Source: Eledone cirrhosa (Eukaryota). Taken from it: a stretch of 64,000 nucleotides of DNA. Position numbers and translations under genes: made by a program. Positions 25,761-39,831 of this stretch are shown here, piece by piece. The notes below the pieces were generated by a model. The model saw only the letters and a list, made by a program, of their open reading frames with translations, was not told where the DNA came from and searched no databases. The stretch's first letter is position 1; the number at the start of each line of letters is the position of its first letter. Location of the stretch: NCBI GenBank assembly GCA_964016885.1, contig OZ024754.1:38688001-38752000 (forward strand). Reading direction: 5' to 3'.

Positions 25761-26045
25761 AAGTGGAGGCACGTGGCCTAGTGGTAAGGGTGTTGTGTTA
25801 GACTTATGATCATAATGTTGTGGACTTGATTCCTGGACTGGGTTGTGTGTTGTGTTCTTGAGTAAAACATTCCACATTGCTCCAGTATAATCAGCTCAAA
25901 ATGAGTACCAGCAATAGCTGGGAGTTTAACCCTATGATGGACTGGCATCCTGTCCAAGGGAGAGTTTTGTGCCCTCAGTTGCTTCATGACACAGAAACCA
26001 TGATAAATACCAGCCTCTGAGCTTGAGATAAATTTTAGACTTAGA
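25761..26045 (+). mobile_element. tRNA-derived SINE family B (CORE/Meta-like plus V-like domains)
   Basis: gtggaggcacgtggcctagtggtaaggg (A box)...gttcttgagtaaaaca...gatggactggcatcctgtcca; copies at 33309-33555(+), 40800-41040(-), 51290-51530(-), 56490-56750(-), 31880-32020(-). Confidence 0.8.
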
Positions 26046-26139
26046 TAATTCATATTGTATGCATGTATGGGCCTGTTCACTCTAGGTGTAATGCTTTGAT
26101 CATAGGTCTGCAGCAAGGAAGCCTTACAACAAAACTTAC

Positions 26140-26552
26140 TTGATTTCTCTTTGTCTTCCTTTGTTTTTTTTGGCATGGCATGATGATCAAAACCAGGAAA
26201 ATCTTCCCTAAAAGTTGTATCTCGTGTATATTGTGGTTGTGGGAATTCCTCTTGATGAAGTATTGGTGCCATCCAATGTCCTTGCGGTTGACCTTCTGTC
26301 TGTGTATAACATATTGGTTCATTTAGTGTATGGTAGTTTTCTCTCAGGAAGTCACAGTTTTTTTGACAAGGACGGTTAGCACGATAATCATAAAGTGGTG
26401 TAGGCAGGACTTTGGTAAAATATGATAAAATATCTGGGCGCTTGTTTACACAGTTTCCAAGTGGGTCCTGGGCTCGAAGCTCCCGAGATAAACCTTGGTA
26501 TTTTGTTTTATAGTTGTCTACATCATGGCATATAACACGAAATGTATTGGGG
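26140..26552 (-). CDS. C2orf73: C2orf73-like protein, exon 2
   Basis: 413-nt open exon with ag/gtaagt ends: PNTFRVI...FLRENYHTLNEPICY...QGHW...PQYTRDTTFREDF; resembles C2orf73 FINTNARTYNEPFPY..QGDWW..PPYDSKSTQRSDF (recalled). Confidence 0.85.
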
Positions 26553-26599
26553 CTGAATGAGAGAGACAGAATGATATAATTTATTCACCCTAGAGGTCA

Positions 26600-26875
26600 C
26601 TAGGAGGCAATCATCCAGGAGAAAATGCATTTATTCCCAAGATTCCTCTTATCCCTTCCTCTACCAAGCTGCCATTCAAATCCTCAAGAGCCAGTTTTGT
26701 TTTGACCATACAGAAAGCTCAGGCTCATAGTTTCAAATTTGTAAAATTGAATACAAGAGAATCGGTTTTTACAAATGGACAGTTATATGTAGGTTGTTCA
26801 CGGGTGAAAACACCCAGAAATCTTCATATACTATGCACGAACGGTAAAACGAAGAATCTGGTGTATCTGAAAGAT
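26600..26875 (+). mobile_element. Helitron PIF1-like helicase C-terminal relic (intron 1 of C2orf73-like)
   Basis: FIPKIPLIP..LPFK / TIQKAQAHSF..VFTNGQLYVGCSRV..GKTKNLVY, degenerate TINKSQGQ/FSHGQLYVAxSRV motifs. Confidence 0.8.
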
Positions 26876-27499
26876 TTTTTTTTTACTGTTTATTTTTTTG
26901 TAACACACACCAACTCATATTGTAAACCAAGCAAACATCCAATACAGTCATTTTCTCTTCTACCTGTCTTCTCTTATCATCTGTTTAACCTAGTTATATA
27001 TAAATTAACGATTTATTACGTGGCCGTCTGGTGGCGCTGAGGGTATTACGTGGCCGTGAGGAGGGCGGTGGTCCAAAAAGTTAGAGAATCTCTGCTCTAC
27101 GTAGTCGCTAGAAATAGCAGATCAATCTTCCTTGAATTACATACACCATGTTGTTTTTAAAAAAGCTTAAGAGATATATTAGATACTAGATAATTGTTTC
27201 TACTTTTGGCACAAGGCCAACAATAACCCAGTACATTACTGGTACTCTATTTTATCGACCCCGTAAGGATGAAAGGCAAAGTTAACCTCGGCGGGATTTG
27301 AACTCAGACTGTAAAGGGACGTAACTATGCTAGAAGGCATGGCGTCCAACCCTCTACCGATACTAACGTAATCCTAAAGACACCTACACTAGCACACACA
27401 AATGACGGGATAACTAGAACTACTCTTGCTTATGACTATAAATTTGCTCAATCAGGGCTGACTTGGGGATAAACAACAGTGACCACTATCATCACCTAC

Positions 27500-27561
27500 T
27501 TGTATCTTGATGAAACAGTCTTCTTGCGTGTAATAACCGGCAGAGACACTCGCGTGGCCAT
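27500..27561 (-). CDS. C2orf73: C2orf73-like protein, exon 1
   Basis: ATG at 27561, MATRVSLPVITRKKTVSSRY+aa|gtaggt; phase 2 matches exon 2; total CDS 633 nt = 210 aa. Confidence 0.75.
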
Positions 27562-27603
27562 ATTGTTGCTGATAACATCAGGAATCCGTGGAAATAGTTG
27601 GTA

Positions 27604-27617
27604 GTTGTATCGGCAAC
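27604..27617. promoter_or_regulatory. RFX X-box-like motif
   Basis: GTTGTATCGGCAAC, about 45 bp upstream of the C2orf73-like ATG. Confidence 0.5.
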
Positions 27618-27718
27618 ACTTAATCAATACGATATTGGTAGAAGGTTTCGTCAGAGTTCACGACCAAGTCATTCTGATATGAAGCACCAGGGTGCCACTT
27701 GTAGCTTGTTTGCAGTCG

Positions 27719-27732
27719 GTCGCCATGTCAAC
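27719..27732. promoter_or_regulatory. RFX X-box motif
   Basis: GTCGCCATGTCAAC, one mismatch to GTYRCCATGGCAAC, between two divergent cilia/sperm-type genes. Confidence 0.65.
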
Positions 27733-28166
27733 GTTACTGCCTCAGTCAATCAACTTCCGGTTAAAGACACAAAAGACATCAATCTTCCGATGACATCTCC
27801 AATCTTTTATACCTGACTCATAACATAACCCTGTTTTACAGACGGAATAAGTAATATTCCGTTTCTTTAATAAACTGTAACAAAACTATGTTCATGAATT
27901 ATATATATATATCCAAAATCAAAATCCAGAGCTTCTCACTTCTGTTGGAGCAACACCAAGAAGAAACAAAAACAAGATAGACAAACAAACAAAAACAAAA
28001 AGGTATAGGTTCCATAAAATAAATTTGGGAACAACTAGCGGAGGAGAGGATATGACAGGTTCTTAAAGTGGGCGCTACCGAATATTTGGAATATGAGGTG
28101 CGTGTGATGAATGAAGCTGGAGGGGGGTGGCTAACTGAAATGAACATACGGCCTCGTTAACGTATT

Positions 28167-28181
28167 GTTGCTACTAGTTAC
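28167..28181. promoter_or_regulatory. RFX X-box-like motif
   Basis: GTTGCTACTAGTTAC, about 30 bp upstream of the SPATA17-A ATG. Confidence 0.45.
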
Positions 28182-28212
28182 ACTATCATGAAATGCAGGT
28201 TATAGTTGTAGG

Positions 28213-28283
28213 ATGACAGCCTTCGTAAAATTCTTAGAAGATATTGAAAAGAATCTGATTTTGAGGATTTACGAACGTAGAAA
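28213..28283 (+). CDS. SPATA17: SPATA17 paralog A, exon 1
   Basis: MTAFVKFLEDIEKNLILRIYERR+aa|gtaagt; 71 nt, phase 2 fits exon 2. Confidence 0.75.
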
Positions 28284-28571
28284 GTAAGTTTGAGTCAGCA
28301 GCTAGGTCATAACTTTAATATTAATTATTATATTTCTGTCAGTTTCAAATGGTTTGTTGATGTTGTTGTTTAACTCCGAGCCATTCTTCATTCAAGAGAC
28401 TTATGATCAAAGACGTTTGCGCTTCGACTATCACACACACACACACACACATACACACATTTATAAATCGACCGTTAATTGCCTTAACTTATATGTATGA
28501 ATATATATATGACTACCAATATTGGAATTGAATAATAAAGACCCTAGCGGTATGTCATATATCAAATCATA

Positions 28572-28636
28572 TATTTTGTCTGATGAGGACGTACTGAAAA
28601 AACAACACAGTACTTTGAAATATATATAATAAAGTA
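28572..28636 (+). ncRNA. Minimal type I hammerhead ribozyme (AUA site), sense in SPATA17-A intron 1
   Basis: Stem I tattttgt/ataaagta, CUGAUGA 28580-28586, stem II gga-gtactg/cagtac-ttt, GAAA 28617-28620, palindromic stem III tatata, then UA. Confidence 0.65.
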
Positions 28637-28742
28637 AATATTTTGATTATGAAAATATTTTTCATTTGTTAATATTTTGAATAATATATATATATATATT
28701 AATTCAGAATATTCAAAATATAGACATTCGTGTGATCAAGTA

Positions 28743-28809
28743 TATTTTATTATACATAATTCAGAGGTACAGAGCTATCTTCAACAGTACGTACTCATCA
28801 GATAAAATA
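28743..28809 (-). ncRNA. Degenerate inverted copy of the hammerhead (GAAU instead of GAAA)
   Basis: Minus strand tattttat-CTGATGA-gtacgtac...gtacctct-GAAT-tatgta-TA-ataaaata. Confidence 0.5.
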
Positions 28810-28925
28810 AGATGATGCTTGACTATGTTGATGGTTAAAATTCAGTCATGGCAGTATAACTGTGGAGTGCTTCTAATCTATTGTAAAACTTTATTCATTG
28901 ATTTATTCATTGAACCTTGTTTAAC

Positions 28926-31360
<2,435 letters not shown>

Positions 31361-31441
31361 AAATTTCTATAAGAGAGGAAACGTATGTAAGATTTATATA
31401 AAGAACTTGTTTTAACGGATTGTTACTCCTTCATTCATTTG

Positions 31442-31472
<31 letters not shown>

Positions 31473-31477
<5 letters not shown>

Positions 31478-31589
31478 AATGAGTAGGACCCCGACGGCTG
31501 AGCTCAAGCCGTTTCGACGGCTAATTCTAGTCCACAATTAGCCGTCGAAACGGCTTGAGCTCAGCCGTCGGGGTCCTACTCGTTCCTAT
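31473..31589. repeat. Near-perfect 54-bp inverted repeat (9-nt loop) containing the hammerhead 3' half
   Basis: Arms 31473-31526 and 31536-31589 with one mismatch; right arm GAAA-cggct-tgagctc-agccg-TC. Confidence 0.9.
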
Positions 31590-32506
31590 TACCCACTCTA
31601 CTACCCTAAGTATTGAGTACTTTGGTGCGTTATGGTCCACCTGGTTCCTTACCACATTTCCTTCGTTATATATATATATATATATATATATATCATCATC
31701 ATCATTTTACGTCCGCTTTTCCCTGCTTGCAAGGGTGGGACGGGAACTGACTCTGGCTTGATTTCTACAGCTGGATGCCCTTCCTAACACTAACCTCATT
31801 TACAGCGTGAGCTGGGTGCTTTTTTGCCGTGGCACCTCCACGACCACTTTGCAGTGGAATGATAGGGACCCCAGTCCCTATCATCTCATTTCTACAGCTG
31901 AGTAAACTGGAGCAATGTGAAATAAAGTGTCTTGCTCAAGGAAACAACACATCACCTGGTCTGAGAATTGAACTCACAACCTTTCGATTGCAAGGCCAAT
32001 GCTCTAACCACATATGCCTCCATATATATATATATTGTTATATTTGGGGAGGGTCATATTGTTATATTGCTAGAAATAATAATAAAACACACACTGTTTG
32101 GTTTGGATTGGTTTTCACTTCTGTATATTTTATATCCCTATAGTTAATTTAGTTGGCAATCAGTGTTTATCATTGATTGACCAATGGTTAAAAATATAGA
32201 TATATATATATATATATATATATAGTCGATCAAACTTCTTTCATCACACACCTGTGACAACATCAGTGGTACTATTATGTTTCCTCCTGTTGTATTGTAA
32301 TGTCTATTCCCATCTTTATAGAATAAAAACCATAATATGAAATCAGCCACTGTGGAAGTCACAGAATGTGTGACGAAAGAGCTTTGACAATATATAAACA
32401 ACCATCTGGTTATTGAACCAACCAACCAGAAATTTATAATAAATTGAAGTGAAAACCGACAGCTCTGTGTGTGTGTGTTTTTATTGGCAGCATGACCCTC
32501 CCAAAG

Positions 32507-32552
<46 letters not shown>

Positions 32553-33956
32553 CGCTGCCCCATCGTTATCGAGTATGGCCATTGCACGATATACCATTAT
32601 TAATAATTATTAATTAATTCTATCGTGCAATACCTGTGCATGAAGATATTTTTTAAAGTGAGGAAAGACTGTGCACTGAGCCAATCCCACTCTCTGGGCG
32701 ACAGTAGCTATAACCCGAAAAGAAGAAAAGATCAACATCATCGGTAACTACTGAGCTGCAGGTTTTCTGTCGGAGTTATCCTAGTTTCCTGAGTTGCCTT
32801 CTCCTAGAAGAATGCTCTGACAAAGGCTAGGGGTCCTTCACTCCCAGTGGTTTAACCGGGCGGTACATGTGTATATACATAGTTACACACTTTCGGATGG
32901 CCGTTGACTCTTATGAGTTCTTCCGCCCTTTGTCAGGTTTGTTTTTTGTCCAGCAGGGTGTCCCAAATCACCCTCCTCGCCAAGTAAACTTGGTGGGGTT
33001 GACGGTTTAGTCGCCGATGACCTGACCATGCGACAGGTTGTACTGGGTTACATGTTACCAGTAGCACTCAAGAGTGACCCGACATATATATATACATACA
33101 TACAGTGTACCCCTGGCATAAGCTGTCCCTACATTCGTGGAATTTTCCATAGAACATAACTTATTTGTTCATGGAAACCACTGCATAGTTTCAGTTTTTC
33201 GTTCTTTGCAGCTGCTCCAGGAATGTAACCCCTGAAAATACTGGGGGAGAACTGTGTGTGTATATATGTGTGCGAGCGTGTGTGTGTGTGTATATATATA
33301 TATGTGTATGTGGAGGCATGTGGTAAGGGTGTTGGACTTACGATCATAATGTTGTGGGTTTGGTTCCTTCATTTCACGTTGCTCCAGTATACTCAGCTGA
33401 AAATGAGTACCAGTAATAGCTGGGGGTTTAACCCTGTGATGGACTGACGTCCTGTTTAGGGGGAAGTCGTGTACTCTCAGTCGCTTCACGCCATGAAACC
33501 GGGATAAACACTGGTCAAATGAGCCTTCTGGCTTAAGACAGACTTTAGACTTTTTTGAATATATATATATATATATATATCCGTACGTTTGAGTTTACAA
33601 ACAAGAAAAAGTGCTTAATGGCAAAGTGGAAAATATAGATTTATTATAATATTAAGATTAGTTTTTTTTATATTCTTTGCTGAGTTTCGCGGATTGCCGC
33701 TGATCACACAACTAGCAATAATTTGTTACCTGACAAGGTATATATGTCAAATGTAATGGCTGTGGCTAATATAATAAACTAAATATAATTGACGTTTTTT
33801 AAGTTGTTTTTAGCAAACAAATGTTAAGGTATTCTGAAAAAGAGATAAACTATATTCATACTACCACACACATACACACAAAACTACACATCCAGGGTTG
33901 ACCACACTGAGGACTATAACTATTTGTCTTTCTTTCTGTCTCTCCCCCTAATTCAG

Positions 33957-34046
33957 TGAAGCCGAAAAATACCGTAACCAAGAATATTCTGCTAGTGTTA
34001 GGATCCAGTCATGGTACCGTGGAATCAGGTCAAGGTTTTATCTCAA
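33957..34046 (+). CDS. SPATA17: SPATA17 paralog A, exon 2 (IQ motif 1)
   Basis: NEAEKYRNQEYSASVRIQSWYRGIRSRFYL; ag/gtgagt; resembles SPATA17 AAVKIQSWFRG. Confidence 0.9.
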
Positions 34047-35019
34047 GTGAGTAGAGAGACGTTATCTTCTTAGTTTCTTATGTTTATATTCTATATCATA
34101 TTCCTACACATAGCCCCCACTCACATCCCTGGTTTCTTGTCTAAACCATGTCAGCATGGACAGACAGGCACATCTCAAAATACCACAAGACACAACTCAC
34201 TCTCTTCAAGGCCACATCCATAACTCAACACTTCCACACCCACAGTGGTATGACGTTCCTCCACATACACACACCCATCAATGCCTCACCCAGTGCTGGT
34301 GCCATGACAAAATGCACCCAGTGCACTCTGTAAGGTGGTAATGCTGGTGCCACAATAAACAGCACTGCCCACCCTGTAAGGTGGTTGCTGTCAAGAATGG
34401 CATCCACTCATAGAAAGCAAGCCAAAATTGTAATGTATGAGCGAGACATGGTCGCCTGCCCAGTCTGGCTCCAGTGTGTAACAATCTATCTAACCCCTGG
34501 TTGATCTAGCCCCAATGTGTGACAACATGTCTGACCCCTGATCAGTCAAGCCCCAATATGTGACAACCAGTCTGACCCCTGACCAGTCAAGCCCTAGTGT
34601 GTGACAATCAGTCTAACCCCTGACCTCTCTGGCCCCTGACCAGTCTAGCCCTTGACCAGTCTAACCCCTGACCAGTCTAACTCCTAGCCACTCTAATCCC
34701 TGGCCACTCTAACCCCTGATCAGTCTAACCCCTGGCCACTCTAACCCCTGACCAGTCTAACTCCTGACCAATCAAATCTCAGTGGATGCCAACCCATCAA
34801 ACCCATCCAGTCATGGAAAATAGATGTTAAACTGATTCTGTACAATATTTCTCTTCTAAAATATGGCTGTGTGGTTACGATGAATAGTCCTAGTTCTATC
34901 ACAGTCTTGCAAGTGAAATTTGGTAGAGAGAAGCTGTGTGGAAGCCCATTCCTATGACTGGTCCTGGTTTTTGCAGATTTCTTTTTACAACAATATTTTC
35001 CATTTTCCTTACTTTCAAG

Positions 35020-35101
35020 ATTCATCAACAATGCGGCAACCACTATACAGAGATTCTGGAAAGGCCACAGTGCACGGAATTACTACGAAAAAGCTATAGG
35101 G
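35020..35101 (+). CDS. SPATA17: SPATA17 paralog A, exon 3 (IQ motif 2)
   Basis: FINNAATTIQRFWKGHSARNYYEKAIG; 82 nt, phases consistent. Confidence 0.9.
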
Positions 35102-35298
35102 GTAAATATATTCCTTTCATACTTCTTCTGGCTTCCTCAGAAATTAATTTCAGAGAGACACAGACAGCTCTCTAAATGGCACCTACTTCATATCTCAATG
35201 TGGCCCTGCATTATGGCCACAACAAAGACACTTAATTCTTAAATTACTCAGTCCATCTAGCTGTAAATAGGTATCAAGCATGAATACAATTTCCTACT

Positions 35299-35680
35299 TT
35301 AACCCTTTAGCATTTACATTACTCTATATATACTATTGTATTTTTACAGTAAACACTTTATCTCACATAATATAGAATCTATGAGATTTTGATATTATTT
35401 ATTTTGAGAACAATATCTTAACATCAGTATGAGCAGCTGGTTATGGCTAGTATAAACAGAAAGAAGTGAGTGAATACTGGGCAGATATGACTGGTTTAAA
35501 TGCTAATGGGTTAACCCTTTAATGTTCAAACCAGCCAAAACTGGCCAGAATTCTCTACCTCTTTCTGTTGAAACTGGCTGTAACTGGTCGCTCAAACTGA
35601 TGTTAAGGTATTGTTCTCAAAATAAATACTTTCAAAATCTTATAGATTTGATATTATGTGAGATAATTATGAGATAAAGT
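35299..35680. mobile_element. Two piggyBac-type MITE copies in opposite orientation sharing one TTAA
   Basis: ttaaccctttagcattt...tgctaatgggTTAAccctttaatgttc at 35511-35514. Confidence 0.75.
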
Positions 35681-35731
35681 GGTGGTGAAAATGGTGATGA
35701 TTTCATAATTCTCACATTTTAACTTTTTCAG

Positions 35732-35782
35732 AGTTTTTTCTTGGAAACATGTAAGGGATATTATTCAAAAATGGCTACTAAG
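35732..35782 (+). CDS. SPATA17: SPATA17 paralog A, exon 4
   Basis: SFFLETCKGYYSKMATK, 51 nt, phase 0/0, ag/gtaaat. Confidence 0.85.
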
Positions 35783-36536
35783 GTAAATGTTAAGCTAGTT
35801 TTTACATCCAACTTTACTCAAACTCACCCAATTGTGCACACATACATATTTACAAATGCATGTGTGCACACACAGCTACATCATGCACACATATACACAT
35901 GCATGTACATATTCACACACGCACTCCATATCATACATTCATACACATGTACTATACATGCACCTTTGATGAGTTGTAGTGCACCTGAGCACTGTACACA
36001 ATAATTTCATTATCATTGGGGTCGATAAAATAAAGTACCAGTAATGCACTGGGGTATTTGCTGGCCTTGTGCCAAAAGTAGAAACAGTGATTATTACTAT
36101 TATATATAAGGGATTGGCAGTATCGGTAGGGAGTCGGACACCATGCTTTGCAGCATAGAGTTACAGCCCTTTATGATCTGAGTTCAAATCCCACCAAGGT
36201 TAACTTTGCCTTTCACTCTTACAGGGTCGATAAAATAAAGTACCAGTCACGCATTGGGGTCGATTTAATCGACTTTCCCCACCTCCAAACTTGCTGGCCT
36301 TGTGCCTAAAGTAGAAACAATTATTATTATTATTATAACAAGTTTATAAAAATGTCAGACTGACAGAGTGCCCTGGGCAGTGACAAGTTAACATGGCATT
36401 GGTAACTGGTCAGTTGTATGACCACAATTCTTCAATAACCTTTTCACATTACAGGGGACTGGTGAAAACTAGTTTATTTTTAGACTACTGAGGTAAAAGA
36501 TGAATGGGAAATTTAAGAAATCTTTTCATTCTTCAG

Positions 36537-36640
36537 ATTCAGAAGATATGGAGAGGTTACTGGAGTCGCAAGAAGCAATTTGATTTCTACAAGAGGAAGA
36601 GTTACCTTGAAAATGTTTGTCACAAAAACGAATTGATCTT
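36537..36640 (+). CDS. SPATA17: SPATA17 paralog A, exon 5 (IQ motif 3)
   Basis: IQKIWRGYWSRKKQFDFYKRKSYLENVCHKNELI; resembles IQRRWRGYRVRKYLFNYY; ag/gtaagt. Confidence 0.92.
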
Positions 36641-37074
36641 GTAAGTATGGGTACAGGTGATATAGTAATGTGTTAGGTGAGGGTGAGAGAGGGAGATGAA
36701 GGGAATGAGAGAGAGAGAGGGGGGGACGAGAGGAGAGGGGAGAGAGATAGAGACCCTAAGGCTAGAATGTAGGCAGAGTAGTGAAATAATGCTGCAATAC
36801 ACTTGCCCCAAACTATCTCCTATTTTAATTGAAATATTCTAACATCTTTCGTTTCTGAATTTGTTTAGCAAGATTCTTTATCTGAAAACGTGTGTTGAAA
36901 CCAAAGTATTCTAACATCATTTTATGCTGAGTTACTATCTCATCAATGAAATATCACCATTGCATGGGTTAGATGAGTTGTCACATACTGAGACTAGATT
37001 GGTCAAGTGATGAGGTGTTGCTCATACATTCCATTTTTGGCTTGGTTTCTACAGTTGGATGCCCTTCTTAATGC

Positions 37075-37600
37075 CAATCATTTTACAGTGTATACTGGGA
37101 GCATTTTATTGTGACTTCAGCACTACCAATTTACAGGGTGTACTTGGTGCTTTTTGTCATGGTATAGCACTATTACCTTACAGAGTGGACTGGGTGTTTT
37201 TTGTCATGGCACCAACACTACAGGGTGGACTGGGTGTCTTTTGTCACAGAGTTAGCACTATCACCTCACAGGGTGGACTATGTGTTTTTTATTGTGACAC
37301 CAGCACTTCCACCTTACAGGGTGGACTGGGTGTTTTTTGTCATGGCACCAGCACTTCCACCTTACAGGGTGGACTGGGTATTTTTTGACATGGCACCAGC
37401 ACTTCCACCTTGCAGGGTGGACTGGGTGTTTTTTATTGTGGCACCAGCACTTCCACCTTACAGGGTGGACTGGGTGTTTTTTGTCATGGCACCAGCACTT
37501 CCACTTTACAGGGTGGACTGGGTGTTTTTTGTCATGGCACCAGCACTTCCACCTTACAGCGTGGACTGGGTGTTTTTTATTGTGGCACCAGCACTACAAC
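37075..37600. repeat. 48-bp minisatellite amplified from the interior of an (ATG)n-tailed short retroelement
   Basis: Unit cagcacttccaccttacagggtggactgggtgttttttgtcatggcac, directly after ...ctacagttggatgcccttcttaatgccaatcattttacag. Confidence 0.88.
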
Positions 37601-37647
37601 CATACATCATTGTATTTTCTTTTTCAACTGATTCATTTGATGTTCAG

Positions 37648-37797
37648 GGATAAACTTGATAGGTTTTCAAGAGAACAAGAAGAAATGGAAGCAAGTTTTG
37701 CTCAGGCAATGAAAGAGTTTAAGAAAAGTCAGAAATCTTTCCGATCTCCTAATTTACATTTAAGAGAAATGTCTACTGGAACCAATATGGCATACAG
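37648..37797 (+). CDS. SPATA17: SPATA17 paralog A, exon 6
   Basis: DKLDRFSREQEEMEASFAQAMKEFKKSQKSFRSPNLHLREMSTGTNMAY; 150 nt, phase 2/2. Confidence 0.8.
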
Positions 37798-39080
37798 GTA
37801 AGGTGAAGAGAAAACTAATTGATAATTTTCTTCAATAGCTACAGGATCTCATTAAAATGTAAATCTCAGGATTTCAAGGGACTTTTAACCCTTTTAATAC
37901 TAACCTCCTTGAAACTGCTTCTTGCTTTATAATTGTTTCTACTTTTGGCACAAGGCCTGCAATTACCCCAGTGAATTACTGGTACTTTATTTTATCCACC
38001 CTGTAACGATGGAAGGCAAAGTTAACCTCAGCAGGATTTGAACCCAGACCGTAAAGGGCCGTAATTCCATGCTGCAAAACATGGCATCCAACTCTGTACC
38101 GATACTGCCAATCCACTGCCTCTGGCTTTATGATATGCATCTGTTTGTTTCAAAATGTTTCTGTTAAAACCTTCCTTCACAACTTTTTATTAAGTAATGT
38201 TCCAAACATCAGTTTAATGAAAAAGTTAAGCTTTATCAAGCTATTCTTCATTGGTGGATTGGCAGTATCAGTAGGGGGTCGGACGCCGTGTTTTGCAGCA
38301 CAGAGTTACGGCCCTTTACGGTCTGAGTTCAAATCCTGCCGAGGTTAACTTTGCCTTTTATATTTACGGAGTTAATAAAATAAAGTACCAGTAATACACT
38401 GGGATAATTGCGGGCCTTGTGCCAAAAGTAGAAACAATTATTTTCAGAATTAATTGAAACATCGGCTGTGTATTTCATTAGAAATATGGTAAAAGGGTTA
38501 AAGGTTGGTGTTTAAGTCTGGTTTTATAGCATTCAGCTGATTGTCAGAAACACTGTATTTGGAGCTGGTAATTTTCTGGAATCTCAGCAGACAAACTGTT
38601 AAAAACTTTGTATCTCCTGATAGGATTCCTCTCAGTTGACATGGCTAACTATAAAATTATTTACAAGTACAAGGAAATGTGTTTTCAAATACAAAATTAA
38701 TTATTTTTCATTTGCTGTATAATTATTTTCATTTAACCCTTTTGATATCAACATGGTCAAAACTGCCTCTGGTTCTATGAAACAAAATCACCCATTTTCA
38801 AGTGTCCCAATTTAAACTGAAACCTTCCAACGTAATTTTATATAATATATCAAGTTACTATTTAAGTGTAATGAAATATTTAATAATTTTAGTAAATTTC
38901 TCAAAAATCATCATTAATTAATTGAAATAGAATCACGAAAGAGTTTAAAAGATATCAATACAAAATAATTAACCACTCTTAAGTCTTTTAAAAACTTGAT
39001 TGATCACAGATTAAGATTTAAGATTACCTCAAAAAAGAAAACAGATGAACTGATGTCTGGTTTTTTTTTTATGTTTTTAG

Positions 39081-39195
39081 TACATCAAACCAAAGTGAGA
39101 TCTATATTCAGGAAGAGCATTTACAGATCCACTTTGATAAAAGAAATTGGTATAGTTGTCAAAACACTTTGCCACCACTTCCACAGAAACCTCAA
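39081..39195 (+). CDS. SPATA17: SPATA17 paralog A, exon 7
   Basis: TSNQSEIYIQEEHLQIHFDKRNWYSCQNTLPPLPQKPQ (LPP..Q before GPF); ag/gtaag. Confidence 0.8.
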
Positions 39196-39682
39196 GTAAG
39201 ATACCGTTTTATTATATTACTAGACAAATCCAGTTTGTTCTCCTTTGGAGAATGCTTTTTCTAGTTGAATTACTGTTCAGAATAAGGAAAAGAATTCAAG
39301 AAGTTGAAATCGATTTTGTGATTGCCAGAAGCTGACTGATGCAATGTGTCTTTTGATAATAGTCAGTCTCTGTATTGGATGTTCAATATCTTGTCAAAGC
39401 TGAAATATTACAACATGGAACATGTTGATGGTAATGGTGATGACGATGATGATGATGATGGTGGTGGTAGTACTGTACTTGTTCTGCTACAGATTCTTAC
39501 TGAGAAGCCAGCAGCTAATGACACCTGCAGAAAAGACAGGTTCCACCACAATTCCTGCTGTTTCTACAACCTCCTTTGACAGCAGATTTCACATGTAATT
39601 TCATATACTTTTGTGTCTTTAGTCAGAATAAATCTCCACAATGACATTTAATTTTTTTAAAAATCAATTTCCAAATATTTAG

Positions 39683-39831
39683 GGACCTTTCCGTGATCCA
39701 AGAATTGTCCAGTTACAGCGCTACAAACCCTTAAGACCAACACTTCGTGTAGAAACTTCTTTTGATTCTTTTGTCAAAGCACAAAAGGAATCCAAAGTGG
39801 AAGAACATAGGAGACGACTTCATGACAATCA
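39683..39831 (+). CDS. SPATA17: SPATA17 paralog A, exon 8
   Basis: GPFRDPRIVQLQRYKPLRPTLRVETSFD.., matching SPATA17 GPFRDxxEVLEQRYRPLEPTLRVA (recalled). Confidence 0.93.

Noticed and set aside
25761-25840. tRNA-like A/B boxes
   Set aside because: Head of a multi-copy SINE, not a cloverleaf tRNA gene
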